From Sedimentisphaerales bacterium (GTDB lineage Bacteria; Planctomycetota; Phycisphaerae; Sedimentisphaerales; SM23-30): a DNA stretch of 64,000 nt. The DNA lies in the NCBI GenBank assembly GCA_963663965.2, contig CAXXFK010000036.1:45089-109088 (forward strand). The letters run 5' to 3'. The position numbers were made by a program, and so were the translations under genes. The notes under the pieces were generated by a model. It saw nothing but the letters and a program-made list of their open reading frames with translations. It searched no databases and was not told where the DNA came from. Of the stretch, positions 50,068-61,140 are shown one piece after another. The stretch's first letter is position 1, and every line of letters starts with the position of its first letter.

Positions 50068-51891
50068 TCAGTTTTTCGTGGTTGGATTTTGAGCTTCACA
50101 GACCGGTTCTGTTGCCAGCTTATCATACCAGTTTGATTTCAGGAAAATCGAACTGGCGATCAGGACGATCGAGGTCAGCGCAAATCCCTGCCAGTTACGG
50201 AGGATCAGATAGATCGGTAAGACACATAAGCACACCTGCCAGATAATGCCAACAATGATGTTGATCCAATCACGCCAGGCATTGCGATTCGTATCAAAAA
50301 CTACACCTTCGGCACGTAATGATTGAATAACAGGCTGCCACCATCCCCATGGTCTGGTTTTTAGATAAAATGATTGCAGGACTGACATGTTTTGAGGTTT
50401 CGTCAGCAGGGTGGTGATAATCGAGACCAGACCGCTCAGCGTCAGAATGATCGGAAATGTGTTGAGGGGTAACATGTCGGGCAGCAGTTTGGGGAAAACC
50501 AGTGCGGCGGCAATACCTGTGATCATACCGGCGAAATAACCGGCGCCATTGAACCGCCACCAATACCATTTTAACACATTGGGGGCTATATAACCGCCAT
50601 AAAGCCCGGCCACAATCCACTGAAGAATATCGTTGATCGATTTGGTCATAAATCCAAAACAAATCCCGACTATGACAACCAGGATAGAACTCAGGTAGCT
50701 GAACCAGACCAGGCTTTTGGAAGAGGCCTGGGGATTGACATAACGCTGGTAAATATCTTTGACAATATAGGATGCCCCTGAATTTACCGTGCAGTCAAAT
50801 GTACTCATAAACGCCGCCAGGAGGCCCGCCAGAATGAAACCCATCAAACCGGTCGGGATAAAATGATTGATGACATAGGGCATGATTTGTTCGAAATCGA
50901 CTTTATCCCCCATTTCGTTGAGATGATCGCGAAAGAAAACAATACCCAGCACCCCGATGGCGCCAATAAGGAGGTAACGGGGAAAGAACAAGGCAACGGA
51001 GGTAAACCCGCTCATCAGGCCGGCCTCACGAGGGGAACGGGTGGCGAGGATACGCTGCATGTCGTAGTTTGGCGCCGGCCCGGCCATGCTGGCAAGAATG
51101 CCTTTAAAAAGCACCAGCATCATAAAAACTGTAAACAGATTATAACCATCCGTCTCGATCTTATTATTGGCGGCATTCAGTAATCCTGACCAGTCCAGAT
51201 TGAGTTTCCAACCAAAAAACAAATTTTCCCATCCTGGAGGAACCGAACTGGTGATATCGGTTGGGCTGGTTCGCAGCATGGCGATACCGGCAACAAATAT
51301 TGCCGATACAGTCAGAATGACAAACTGAACCAGGTCTGTGATAACGACACTGTACATGCCACCCGCGATCACATAGAGGGTCGTAATTCCCATTAGAATC
51401 AGGGCGTAGATATGGGGGTGGATATCCCAGGGGAAAAAAACGGCCGCGAATTTACCGATTCCCTGGAAGGCATAGGCTAAAAATCCAATAACGCCAACCA
51501 GGGCGAAAATAACGACACTGATATGAGATAATGTGGCTCCGCGTCCCTGGCCAAAGCGAATCGTAATCCATTCCGCACCGGTCATGACCTGCGATCGTCG
51601 CAGCCAGCCGGCCAGATAGATCATGAGAAATATCTGGTTGAAACAAGGCCAGAGCCAGGGGATAAAGACACTTTTCAGACCATAAATCACGAAAATAGTC
51701 ACCATCCACATAGTACCGGTGATATCGAACATGCCCGTGGCATTGGCGATACCCAGTAAATAGAACGGTATGTTATTACCGCCCAAGAAATATTCATTAA
51801 TGTTGCGGGAAGCAATTTTTGATAAAACCAACCCAATAATCAGGACGACTAACAGATAAGAAATAATAATGGTTATGTCAATTGGGTGCAT
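50068..51891 (-). CDS. Sodium:solute symporter (SSS) family sugar transporter
   Basis: Many TM helices, EYFLGG, GMFDITGT, YDMQRIL and AGLLAAFMST. Confidence 0.9.
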   Translation of the reverse strand: MHPIDITIIISYLLVVLIIGLVLSKIASRNINEYFLGGNNIPFYLLGIANATGMFDITGTMWMVTIFVIYGLKSVFIPWLWPCFNQIFLMIYLAGWLRRSQVMTGAEWITIRFGQGRGATLSHISVVIFALVGVIGFLAYAFQGIGKFAAVFFPWDIHPHIYALILMGITTLYVIAGGMYSVVITDLVQFVILTVSAIFVAGIAMLRTSPTDITSSVPPGWENLFFGWKLNLDWSGLLNAANNKIETDGYNLFTVFMMLVLFKGILASMAGPAPNYDMQRILATRSPREAGLMSGFTSVALFFPRYLLIGAIGVLGIVFFRDHLNEMGDKVDFEQIMPYVINHFIPTGLMGFILAGLLAAFMSTFDCTVNSGASYIVKDIYQRYVNPQASSKSLVWFSYLSSILVVIVGICFGFMTKSINDILQWIVAGLYGGYIAPNVLKWYWWRFNGAGYFAGMITGIAAALVFPKLLPDMLPLNTFPIILTLSGLVSIITTLLTKPQNMSVLQSFYLKTRPWGWWQPVIQSLRAEGVVFDTNRNAWRDWINIIVGIIWQVCLCVLPIYLILRNWQGFALTSIVLIASSIFLKSNWYDKLATEPVCEAQNPTTKN

Positions 51892-52101
51892 GATGTTAAG
51901 TTGCTGTCATCAGGGAAAATGATTCCGTCAATTTGCCGGTTTTATATTAATTATTCTTATATAGGCGTGTATTACCTTGAGATTGATGGTTTATCTCGCC
52001 ACGTAAATTTATGCTATCAAAAAACCAGAACAAATTCAAGGGTAATATTTTAAGCAAATAATTACGCAAATATTTGCAGAGGGCAAATGCTGGTTTTAAT
52101 G

Positions 52102-52130
52102 TTGACTCGTCGTTAACAGGGCGCTAAGAT
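52102..52130 (+). promoter_or_regulatory. Putative sigma70 promoter of the GH26 gene
   Basis: TTGACT-N17-TAAGAT. Confidence 0.5.
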
Positions 52131-52224
52131 CCGGACAATAAATATTGAGATATATTGCGCTTCGTATTCTAGTTGTTATGGGACGAAAAGGGCAGGATTA
52201 TCCATTTATGAAACATAAAGATAA

Positions 52225-53361
52225 ATGAGGTGTCTAATGAAGTCTGTATCCGCTGGGAATTGTATGGTAATCATTTGTGGCATCATCCTGGGTTGTCAGG
52301 GCTTGAGAGGAGGAGATGGCTCCAATGAGATAGTTAAACTGGCAGATCCAGATACAACCGTAGAGACGGCCAACCTTTATCACAACATGAAACAGATGCT
52401 GGGACATGGCATAATGTTTGGTCATCAGGATACCCTGGCGTATGGTGTTTATTGGAAAAGTCATGAATTTGACAGCGATGTCTATCAGGTGTGCGGTGAT
52501 TATCCGGCGGTTTTTGGCTGGGATATTGGGCATATCGGGGACAAGGCAAATATTGATGGAGTTTCTTTTGCTGAGATGAAGCAATGGATTGAGGCGGTAT
52601 ATCGGCGTGGAGGAATTAATACTGTGAGCTGGCACGCCCGTCATCCAGATGGCGGATCTGCCTGGACTACCAAACGGGTTGTTCATCGTTTACTGGATGG
52701 AGGGGATTTGCATGAAGCATTTCTGGAAAAACTGGATCAGGTTGCCGCGTTTTTTTTGAGTCTGAAAGGTGATCAAGGGGAACCCATTCCGATTATTTTC
52801 CGGCCTTATCACGAACAGAGCGGCGGTTGGTTCTGGTGGGGAACGGCCACGACCAGCGCGGAGGAATATCAGCAACTCTGGCGTATGACTGTCCGGTATT
52901 TGCGAGATAAAAAACAGGTGCATAATTTACTTTATTGTTTTTCACCGGATGTTTTTAAGACAGAAAAGGAATACTTAAAAACCTGGCCTGGGGACGAATG
53001 GGTGGATATTATGGCGCTGGATGATTATTATCAGGTTGTTCAGCACAGGCGAAACGAACAGGCTGGCGTGATGCTGGATATGCTGGTGAAAATGGCCCGG
53101 GAAAAGAATAAGATTCCAGCCGTCAGTGAAACCGGATTAGAAACCGTGCCTGATGCGACCTGGTGGACCGGGGCTTTGTGGCAGAATTTGACTGATGGAT
53201 CGAAAGCCCGTCCGATTTCGTGGGTTTTGGTCTGGCGAAACGGGCGTCCTGATCATTATTTTGGGCCTTTTGTCGGGCAGAAGAGCGCTGAAGATTTTAA
53301 AAAGTTTGAAAGCGAGCCTCAGACTTTGTTTTTAAAGGATTTAAAAGGGACATATCAATAA
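52225..53361 (+). CDS. GH26 beta-mannanase/mannobiohydrolase
   Basis: FGHQD, YPAVFGWD, IFRPYHEQSGGWFWWG, AVSETG and VLVWRN. Confidence 0.92.
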   Translation: MRCLMKSVSAGNCMVIICGIILGCQGLRGGDGSNEIVKLADPDTTVETANLYHNMKQMLGHGIMFGHQDTLAYGVYWKSHEFDSDVYQVCGDYPAVFGWDIGHIGDKANIDGVSFAEMKQWIEAVYRRGGINTVSWHARHPDGGSAWTTKRVVHRLLDGGDLHEAFLEKLDQVAAFFLSLKGDQGEPIPIIFRPYHEQSGGWFWWGTATTSAEEYQQLWRMTVRYLRDKKQVHNLLYCFSPDVFKTEKEYLKTWPGDEWVDIMALDDYYQVVQHRRNEQAGVMLDMLVKMAREKNKIPAVSETGLETVPDATWWTGALWQNLTDGSKARPISWVLVWRNGRPDHYFGPFVGQKSAEDFKKFESEPQTLFLKDLKGTYQ

Positions 53362-53655
53362 ACATACTTCCCTTTTCAAGTGAGCTTGAAATCAATAATC
53401 TGTTGGCATTTATAAGATTCTATGATTATTGAAGATACCTCATCCTGGAGTATGGATGATGGAATGGCCGAATGTAAATTCAGGTAATCCGGCCGGTGTC
53501 AATGTGGCGTCAATTCGGGAAAAGTCTTTACAAATTATAGATTTATGGTAATTTTTACGATGAATACCTTAGGGTAGATAACTGATTGAGGTGTAAGGAT
53601 TTGTATTAAGATAAGGCTTTATTAACAGAAATGATAGCCTGTTACAGGAAGTACG

Positions 53656-54378
53656 ATGAACGAAAAGACTAAAGAACACTGTCGATATACTTTGTTGTGT
53701 TTTATCACCGGACTCTTTGCGATGACGGTATTGGCAGGATGCGCCCAGTTGAAAAAGTGGAATGAATACGATAATCCAGTCATTGGTATCGTAAAAGATT
53801 TATTGCCAAAAACGGCTAATGAACGACGGAAAATTATCTATGGCAAACTGATTGATCCTGATGCCGATGTTCGTCGTCAGGGTGTTCTGGCATTGGAAAA
53901 AGATCCCAAGGCGGCCGGCGAAAAAACCTATGAGATTCTGAGTATTATGGGGCAGGGCGATCCAGATGCGCAAGTACGTCTGGCATGCGTCAGGGCGTTA
54001 TTTCATCTTAAAGCGGAGCAATATCTTCCGGGTACTTTAAAATTTGATTCTACGGATAATGATGAAATGGTACGGCTGGAAGTGGCAACGATCCTGGGGG
54101 AGACTCAATTTGAAGGCAACGCGGAACTTCTCACCAAGATGCTGGAGGAAGATCAATCGGTGGAGGTGCGCGCCAGATGTGCAGAATCGTTACAGGCTTT
54201 TCCAAGCTCCCGAACAGTCCGCGCGTTAATTGAAGAAGTTGGTATTGAAGAATTTCATATTGCCTATCGAGCGTTGGAGTCACTGAAGAAAATAACTGGA
54301 CAGGATTTAGGTTATGATCACGACGCCTGGGAACAGTGGTATATTGAGACTGACAATCCGGTTAAAAAAGACAATTGA
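53656..54378 (+). CDS. HEAT-repeat lipoprotein
   Basis: Lipobox LAGC, repeats DPDADVRR, DPDAQVR, DEMVRLE and SVEVRAR, and LKKITGQDLG. Confidence 0.8.
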   Translation: MNEKTKEHCRYTLLCFITGLFAMTVLAGCAQLKKWNEYDNPVIGIVKDLLPKTANERRKIIYGKLIDPDADVRRQGVLALEKDPKAAGEKTYEILSIMGQGDPDAQVRLACVRALFHLKAEQYLPGTLKFDSTDNDEMVRLEVATILGETQFEGNAELLTKMLEEDQSVEVRARCAESLQAFPSSRTVRALIEEVGIEEFHIAYRALESLKKITGQDLGYDHDAWEQWYIETDNPVKKDN

Positions 54379-54389
54379 AAGAAGAAAAG

Positions 54390-55355
54390 ATGCGAGCATT
54401 GGTAGTTGAAGGCGGACAGGTTCGATACGAGGCCGAATATCATACACCGAAACCGGGCGCCGAAGAAGTTCTGGTAAAAGTGGAACTGGCGGGTATTTGT
54501 TCCACAGATCTGGAAATCATCAAAGGCTATATGGACTATCGGGGGGTCATGGGCCATGAAATGGTGGGGACGGTGGCAAAGGGAACCGGCGATCTGGCCG
54601 GAAAGCGGGTGGTTGCTGAAATTAACCGGGTTTGCGGCAAATGTGACATGTGTCTGTCCGGGTTGAGCAATCATTGCAGAAATCGCAGTACCATGGGGAT
54701 CAAGGGATGGGATGGGTGTTTTGCCGAGTATGTGGTTGTTCCCAAACGGAATATTCATGTGGTGCCGAATCATGTCAGCAATGACCAGGCCGTACTGGTT
54801 GAACCGCTCGCCGCGGCGTTTCAGATTGTGCAGCAGATTCGGATCGAGTCGCGAGACAAGGTCATCGTACTGGGTGACGGGCGACTGGGTTTACTGGTGG
54901 CCCAGGTATTAAACAGTCAGGTTGGCCCTAATCGATTGACATTACTGGGCAAACATGAGAACAAATTGACATTTGCCGAGAAACGCGGGATTCGTACTGC
55001 CCAGGTGTCTGAATGCATAATCCGGCCCGAATGGGATCTAGTGGTGGATTGTACGGGAAAAGCGGAGGGATTCGAAATGGCTTGTCAGTTGGTGCGGCCG
55101 CGCGGAACACTGGTTTTGAAAAGCACTTTCCACGCGGAAGGGCCGGTTGACCTGGCGCCGTTAGTGATTAACGAGGTCAAATTGGTGGGATCCCGTTGCG
55201 GCCCGTTCGCGACTGCGGTGAACGCACTGGCGACGAATCAAATTGAGACAAACGGGATAATTACCTCGAGATTTGGGCTCAATGAGGCAAATGCCGCCTT
55301 TGAAAAGGCTCGCCGTTCAGATCAAATCAAAGTGGTCTTTGATTTATCCCGGTGA
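54390..55355 (+). CDS. Zinc-dependent medium-chain alcohol dehydrogenase
   Basis: GICSTD, GHE, CGKCDMC...HC, VLGDGRLG and VGSRCGPF. Confidence 0.9.
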   Translation: MRALVVEGGQVRYEAEYHTPKPGAEEVLVKVELAGICSTDLEIIKGYMDYRGVMGHEMVGTVAKGTGDLAGKRVVAEINRVCGKCDMCLSGLSNHCRNRSTMGIKGWDGCFAEYVVVPKRNIHVVPNHVSNDQAVLVEPLAAAFQIVQQIRIESRDKVIVLGDGRLGLLVAQVLNSQVGPNRLTLLGKHENKLTFAEKRGIRTAQVSECIIRPEWDLVVDCTGKAEGFEMACQLVRPRGTLVLKSTFHAEGPVDLAPLVINEVKLVGSRCGPFATAVNALATNQIETNGIITSRFGLNEANAAFEKARRSDQIKVVFDLSR

Positions 55356-55384
55356 GCGTCAGGGTTATCCGTTAATCGATCAGA

Positions 55385-58300
55385 TTATATATAATAATCC
55401 TGGAGGGCCTTGACGGTCCAGTCCCCTTTTTTCAGGGCGGCGATGGCCTGAGCGGCGGCGGCCGCGGCGGTTGTGGTTGTGATCATCGGGATTTTATGCA
55501 TGACGGCGGAAGAGCGAAGTTTGCCTTCTTCAGTCGCCAGACCTTTTTGGGTTGGGGTGTTGATCAACAGGACGACATCGTTATTCAAAATATAGTCATT
55601 AATATTGGGGCGTCCTTCCTGAATCTTGCGCAGGCGGGTATTGGCAATGCCATGCTGGGCCAGGAAATCGCCTGTACCCCGTGAGCAGAGCAGGTTAAAG
55701 CCCAGATTGCCCATCAAGCGGGCCGTTTCAACGATCAAAGATTTGTCACTGTCTCGAACGGAAATAAAAACATTTCCCTTGGTGGGCAAACTGCTGCCGG
55801 CAGCCATCTGGCTTTTAGCAAATGCCAGCGGGAATGAGTCGTCGATACCCATGACTTCGCCGGTACTGCGCATTTCGGGTCCCAGAATGACATCGACGCC
55901 CGGGAATTTATTGAAGGGGAAGACACTTTCCTTGACACTGACATGCCTGGGAATCGGGGCGTGGGTAACGCCTTGTTGGGTTAAAGACAAGCCTGCCATG
56001 ACTTTGGCGGCAATTTTGGCCCAGGGAATCCCCGTAGCTTTACTGACAAATGGTACCGTACGTGAAGCGCGCGGATTGACTTCAAGAACATAAATGACAT
56101 CATCTTTAATGGCGTATTGAATGTTCATTAGTCCCAGTACATTCAGACCGCGTGCCAGCTTGATTGATTGTTCACGTATGCGTTCAATGATTTCCGGCTT
56201 CAGAGAGTAGGGCGGCAGGGCACAGGCCGAATCACCACTGTGGATGCCGGCTTCTTCAATATGTTCCATGATGCCGCAAACGAGAACCTGTTCGCCATCG
56301 CTGATGGCGTCAACATCAACTTCGGTGGCCATACCCAGGAATTTGTCGATCAAAACCGGATGTTCGCGGCCCACGGTAGACGCATCGACGGCGCGGGCCA
56401 TATAATTATCGAGTTGAGCCATATTGTGGCAGATTTCCATGGCGCGTCCACCCAGAACATAGCTGGGGCGAACCAGAACCGGAAATCCGATCTGTTCGGC
56501 AATTTTACGCGCGCCTTCAATCGTAGTCGCCGTGCCGTTTTCCGGTTGGGTCAGTTTTAGCTGGCTGAGCAATTGGCCGAAACGCTTGCGATCTTCGGCC
56601 AGGTCGATGCTGTCGACACTGGTGCCGATGATGGGTACGCCGGCATCCTGTAACGGACGAGCCAGGTTCAGCGGGGTCTGGCCGCCGAATTGGACGATGA
56701 CGCCAAAGAGTTTATCCCCCAGTTTTTCACAGATATTCAGCACATCTTCGCAGGTGAGCGGCTCGAAGAAGAGCATGTCAGAGGTGTCATAATCGGTACT
56801 GACCGTCTCGGGGTTGGAATTGACCATGATGGCTTCGAAACCCATTTCACGGGCGGCAAAGGCGGCATGCACGCAACAATAATCGAATTCGATGCCTTGC
56901 CCGATACGGTTGGGGCCGCCACCCAGAATCATGATTTTTTTCTTGTCGGTCACCCGGATTTCATCGTCGAAGATTTTTCCGGTTTCGCCACGATCATTAA
57001 TGACAGTGATGGCGTTTTCGTGCGATGAGTAGTAATAGGGGGTGAACGCTTCAAATTCAGCCGCGCAGGTGTCGACCAGTTTGTAAGAAACATCAATGCC
57101 AAATTGACGACACTGTTTCCGAACATCGGTTTCGGAAGTGTTCCAGAGATGAGCCAGTTGATGATCGCTGTAACCCCAGATTTTGGCCTGGGAAAGCGTC
57201 GGCGCCGGGACTTCTTCCAGTGACTGATAGCGGCAGAGCTCATCTTCAAATTCAACCAGCTGCTGGATCTGGTCAAGGAACCAGGGATCGATCAGGGTGT
57301 GTTCGTAAATTTCTTCCACGGTCCAGCCCATTTTGAAGGCATATCGAATATAATAGAGTCGGCCCTGGCATGGGACGCTCAGTTTGGCGATAAGCCGTTC
57401 GCGCGGAATGGGAAAGCTGGTTTTAAGCGGGGCCTCATCGCCGCGGTTCTGTTCGGCCGGTTCGTGATCATCCAGGCCGCGGACATGACGCAGCCATTTA
57501 TCGTTGCGGTCGAGCCCAAGACCGTACCGTTTGATTTCCATCGAGCGGATGCCTTTTTGCAGCGATTCTTTGAAGGTGCGGCCAATACTCATGGCTTCGC
57601 CCACGCTTTTCATTTGCGTGGTGAGTGTTTCATCGGCTTCGGGGAATTTTTCAAAAGTCCAGCGAGGAATTTTGGTGACCACATAGTCAATAGTGGGTTC
57701 AAAACAGGCGGGTGTTTCGCGTGTGATATCGTTGGGAATTTCGTCCAGGGTATAGCCGACCGCCAGTTTCGCGGCGATTTTGGCGATGGGGAATCCGGTG
57801 GCCTTGGAGGCCAGGGCGGAACTGCGGGATACGCGCGGGTTCATTTCGACCACCACCATGTCCCCATTTTCAGGATTGATGGCAAACTGAACATTACTGC
57901 CGCCGGTTTCCACGCCGATTTCGCGCATAATCGCGATCGCGGCGTCACGCATCAACTGGTATTCTTTATCGGTGAGGGTCTGGGCAGGAGCCACGGTAAT
58001 TGAATCGCCGGTATGGACGCCCATGGGGTCGAAATTTTCGATGGAACAGACAATGACGACATTGTCTTTGCGGTCACGCATGACTTCGAGTTCGAATTCT
58101 TTCCAGCCGATAACGGATTGTTCGATCATGATTTCGTTAATCATGGAATAATCCAGGCCGCGGTTACAGATTTCCTCGAATTCACGGACGTTGTAAGCGA
58201 TCCCTCCGCCAGTGCCGCCGAGGGTGAAGGACGGTCGAATAATCGCAGGTAAACCTACTAGTTCCAGGGCCTTACGCGCTTCATCCATGTTATAAGCAAC

Positions 58301-58741
58301 CTGGCTGGTGGGCATTTTCAGGCCAATATTCTCCATGGCCTGGCGAAACAGGGTGCGATCTTCAGCTTTGTGGATGACATCGCGGTTAGCGCCGATCATT
58401 TCGACGTTATAGCGTTCAAAAATACCTTTATCGGCAAGGAGGACGGCGGTATTAAGGCCGGTCTGGCCACCCAGGGTTGGCAGGACGGCATCGGGCCTCT
58501 CAATCGCGATGATTTTTTCGACCGCCTCAATCGTAATGGGTTCAATATAGGTTCGGTCGGCAAATTGAGGGTCGGTCATGATCGTGGCCGGATTGGAGTT
58601 GACCAGAACGATCTGATAGCCTTCTTCGCGAAGGGCTTTGCAGGCCTGGGTACCGGAATAATCGAACTCGCAACCCTGTCCAATAACGATAGGGCCCGAA
58701 CCGATAATCAGTATTTTTTTGATATCTGTGCGCTTGGGCAT
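55385..58741 (-). CDS. carB: Carbamoyl-phosphate synthase large subunit
   Basis: [73 protein letters not shown] and a C-terminal MGS domain. Confidence 0.98.
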   Translation of the reverse strand: MPKRTDIKKILIIGSGPIVIGQGCEFDYSGTQACKALREEGYQIVLVNSNPATIMTDPQFADRTYIEPITIEAVEKIIAIERPDAVLPTLGGQTGLNTAVLLADKGIFERYNVEMIGANRDVIHKAEDRTLFRQAMENIGLKMPTSQVAYNMDEARKALELVGLPAIIRPSFTLGGTGGGIAYNVREFEEICNRGLDYSMINEIMIEQSVIGWKEFELEVMRDRKDNVVIVCSIENFDPMGVHTGDSITVAPAQTLTDKEYQLMRDAAIAIMREIGVETGGSNVQFAINPENGDMVVVEMNPRVSRSSALASKATGFPIAKIAAKLAVGYTLDEIPNDITRETPACFEPTIDYVVTKIPRWTFEKFPEADETLTTQMKSVGEAMSIGRTFKESLQKGIRSMEIKRYGLGLDRNDKWLRHVRGLDDHEPAEQNRGDEAPLKTSFPIPRERLIAKLSVPCQGRLYYIRYAFKMGWTVEEIYEHTLIDPWFLDQIQQLVEFEDELCRYQSLEEVPAPTLSQAKIWGYSDHQLAHLWNTSETDVRKQCRQFGIDVSYKLVDTCAAEFEAFTPYYYSSHENAITVINDRGETGKIFDDEIRVTDKKKIMILGGGPNRIGQGIEFDYCCVHAAFAAREMGFEAIMVNSNPETVSTDYDTSDMLFFEPLTCEDVLNICEKLGDKLFGVIVQFGGQTPLNLARPLQDAGVPIIGTSVDSIDLAEDRKRFGQLLSQLKLTQPENGTATTIEGARKIAEQIGFPVLVRPSYVLGGRAMEICHNMAQLDNYMARAVDASTVGREHPVLIDKFLGMATEVDVDAISDGEQVLVCGIMEHIEEAGIHSGDSACALPPYSLKPEIIERIREQSIKLARGLNVLGLMNIQYAIKDDVIYVLEVNPRASRTVPFVSKATGIPWAKIAAKVMAGLSLTQQGVTHAPIPRHVSVKESVFPFNKFPGVDVILGPEMRSTGEVMGIDDSFPLAFAKSQMAAGSSLPTKGNVFISVRDSDKSLIVETARLMGNLGFNLLCSRGTGDFLAQHGIANTRLRKIQEGRPNINDYILNNDVVLLINTPTQKGLATEEGKLRSSAVMHKIPMITTTTAAAAAAQAIAALKKGDWTVKALQDYYI

Positions 58742-59294
58742 TCTTTAATTCTTTCTCTCTATAACGGATCAGGTTTAAAATCGCTACAGACTAACAAAAA
58801 ACGTACGGATATGCAATACTGAGGTCGTTAAATTCGGTGATTATCTTTGCAGCAGGATTATCCATTGACTGTTGGGACGATGGGGATCCACCGTGATGGA
58901 TGGAATATTTATAAGTTCAGTGTATTATTTATGTTATGGCGGTATTTTTATTCATTGGCTTCGTTTGGTTCTGGTTCTTTGGGATTTTAGTTTACTGAGG
59001 TATCCGTTGTACTCATGATGATATATAAGTCATTTTAATGTATTATTTTATGATCAGAATTTATAGTATTGGGTTCGTTTCGCATTGGGGGTTGGGTCGC
59101 TTCGTCCGGGGTGGGAGTAGTTTTGGGGTTACATGGGGTGACGGGGTGATGGAAGTATTGGATGCGGACGAAAATTTGCATTGTAATGATTCGTAGGTAC
59201 ACCGTTGTTCTCTGGAATATAAATGAATAATTTTAAAAGAACTTCCGATTTTGACCAACTCATTCATTATAGGCAGAGTTGCTGTAAGAGTCAA

Positions 59295-59334
59295 AAAAAT
59301 AATATGTTATTTTTAGAAATAACATATTATTTTT
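59295..59334. repeat. Perfect 18-bp AT-rich inverted repeat
   Basis: AAAAATAATATGTTATTT-TTAG-AAATAACATATTATTTTT. Confidence 0.85.
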
Positions 59335-59481
59335 GATTTATGAAATAATTGAAAACCATTCAGGAATAGTCTCAGGCTTGCATTATTTTAACTAATTGTT
59401 TGTTATGGGTTTGTGCTTATTATCCGTTTACGGCAATAAAAGCATATCCATTTAATATGACAGGATCCTTTGGGTTCTGGA

Positions 59482-60723
59482 TCAGGTGTTGCCATCCTGT
59501 TCCTTTTGGATTCGTTTGTTCTTTTTAACATTGTTACCGTTCGCATTCTTGTTGTTGGCTTTGCCGGCGTTATTGGCGGCAGCGGCTTTTCTGGCGCCGG
59601 TTTTGGCGGCGGGTTTTTCAACCGCCTGGGCCTGAGGAAGGCCGGGTTTTTCAGCCGGGGCGATTTTGCGGGGCGCCGGTTGATCCAGCGGGACTCCAGT
59701 GAGTGGTGGCTGGAGGGTGTTCAGGTTGATACCGAGCCGTTCGAGGATGGTGGGGGCGATGTCCATACGGTCGCCGTCGCGATTGACCTTGGGATCGTTG
59801 GTAGCCAGGAAGACGTAAGGCGCGTAACTGTGGCCTTTCTGGCCTTCGTTAAAACCATGATCCACCACGACATAAACCAGGGTTTTCTGGTAGAGGCCCA
59901 GTTCCTTGAGTTTGGCGATGATTTTTCCGGTCCATTCATCATCGGATTTGATGGCGTCGGTGTATTCCTGCGAGTTTTCGCCGAATTTATGGCCGGTGTG
60001 ATCGGGATCGGCAAAATGGATGAAGAAGAGGAAATTGTGGTCTTTGCGTTTTTCCAGCTCGGCGAGGGCTCTTTCCCCGACTTTTTCGTTTTCGACCAGG
60101 CCGTTGACAAAGAGGTCCATGGTCTGGCTGGCGTTATACCAGGGTTTGCCGGGGACGATGACAAATTTCTGGCCGTTTTCTTCGACTATCTTACCGCCCT
60201 GCATCTGACCCAGGCCGGCTTTTTTCTGGTCCACCTTTTTTTGTTTGGTTTCGTTGGCGAGCCATTTGTCATAATCCACTTTTCGGGGTGAGTCGTTATC
60301 GACATGGGCTTTTTTACCGACGATGGCGACGGTATCGATGTTCTGGGGGCCGAAGTATTTTTCGGCGCGTTCGAAGATGGAGTAGCCGACGGGAATAGGC
60401 TGAAATTTGCCATTGCCATAGACGCCGGTGATCTGGCAGGAATAGCCGGTGAGGATCTGTGACCAGCCGGCCTTGGTATCGGTGTTGCCGTCGGTGACAT
60501 CGATATCGATCAGTTTGCCTTGCCGGGCCAGGGCCATCAGGTTGGGCGTTTCGTTACGGGCGATCATTTCTTTGAGGTGGTCGCGCTGGGCGCCGTCCCA
60601 GCCGATGATGACAATATTCGTGGGCGGGGTGGCGCCGGACAGGTTGCAAACAAACACTGCCAGCAAAGACAGACATACAGACAGACGCTTGAGGGTTGAC
60701 AGTACCATGAGGATGGTCTCCAT
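59482..60723 (-). CDS. Exported alkaline-phosphatase-superfamily protein with Lys/Asn/Ala-rich tail
   Basis: Metal ligands in IIGWDG, FADPDHTGH and VVDHG. DTKAGWSQILTG contains the likely Thr nucleophile. Confidence 0.78.
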   Translation of the reverse strand: METILMVLSTLKRLSVCLSLLAVFVCNLSGATPPTNIVIIGWDGAQRDHLKEMIARNETPNLMALARQGKLIDIDVTDGNTDTKAGWSQILTGYSCQITGVYGNGKFQPIPVGYSIFERAEKYFGPQNIDTVAIVGKKAHVDNDSPRKVDYDKWLANETKQKKVDQKKAGLGQMQGGKIVEENGQKFVIVPGKPWYNASQTMDLFVNGLVENEKVGERALAELEKRKDHNFLFFIHFADPDHTGHKFGENSQEYTDAIKSDDEWTGKIIAKLKELGLYQKTLVYVVVDHGFNEGQKGHSYAPYVFLATNDPKVNRDGDRMDIAPTILERLGINLNTLQPPLTGVPLDQPAPRKIAPAEKPGLPQAQAVEKPAAKTGARKAAAANNAGKANNKNANGNNVKKNKRIQKEQDGNT

Positions 60724-61140
60724 AAAAAAAGGAATGAGAGGTTAAGCAATCTACACAATCTTGAAACGACGGACAGGAAGGGGAGTATTGGTAAAAATAG
60801 TGTAAAATTACTGAGGATGGATAGTTGCCTGAATTGGATAAAAAAACCAACGCTCATTTAGGGATAGATTTGGAGGGGGAATATGATTTCCTGCAGGATG
60901 ATTATTCACTTGAGTGTTCAGAGCAAAGGAATAGAATGATTTGAAGCTTAAACAATAGCTATACCTATTGGGTATGGACATATCCGAGCGCTCGAAAGCT
61001 AAGCTTATATTTACTAAAGACTTACTTTGCGATCCAGTGGACATTTTCAATCGTTAAATGGATTTATTTCTGATCCGGCGAATGAGTTCATCAGGGACAG
61101 AAAAATATGATGGTTTATCTGTGGGACCCAAACTTTTTCA

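Noticed and set aside
59291..59336. Possible dif site
   Set aside because: Only a partial resemblance to the XerD arm; it lacks the 11-6-11 XerC/XerD layout.
59470..60291. 273-aa plus-strand ORF
   Set aside because: Antisense to the phosphatase-family gene, which carries clear catalytic motifs.
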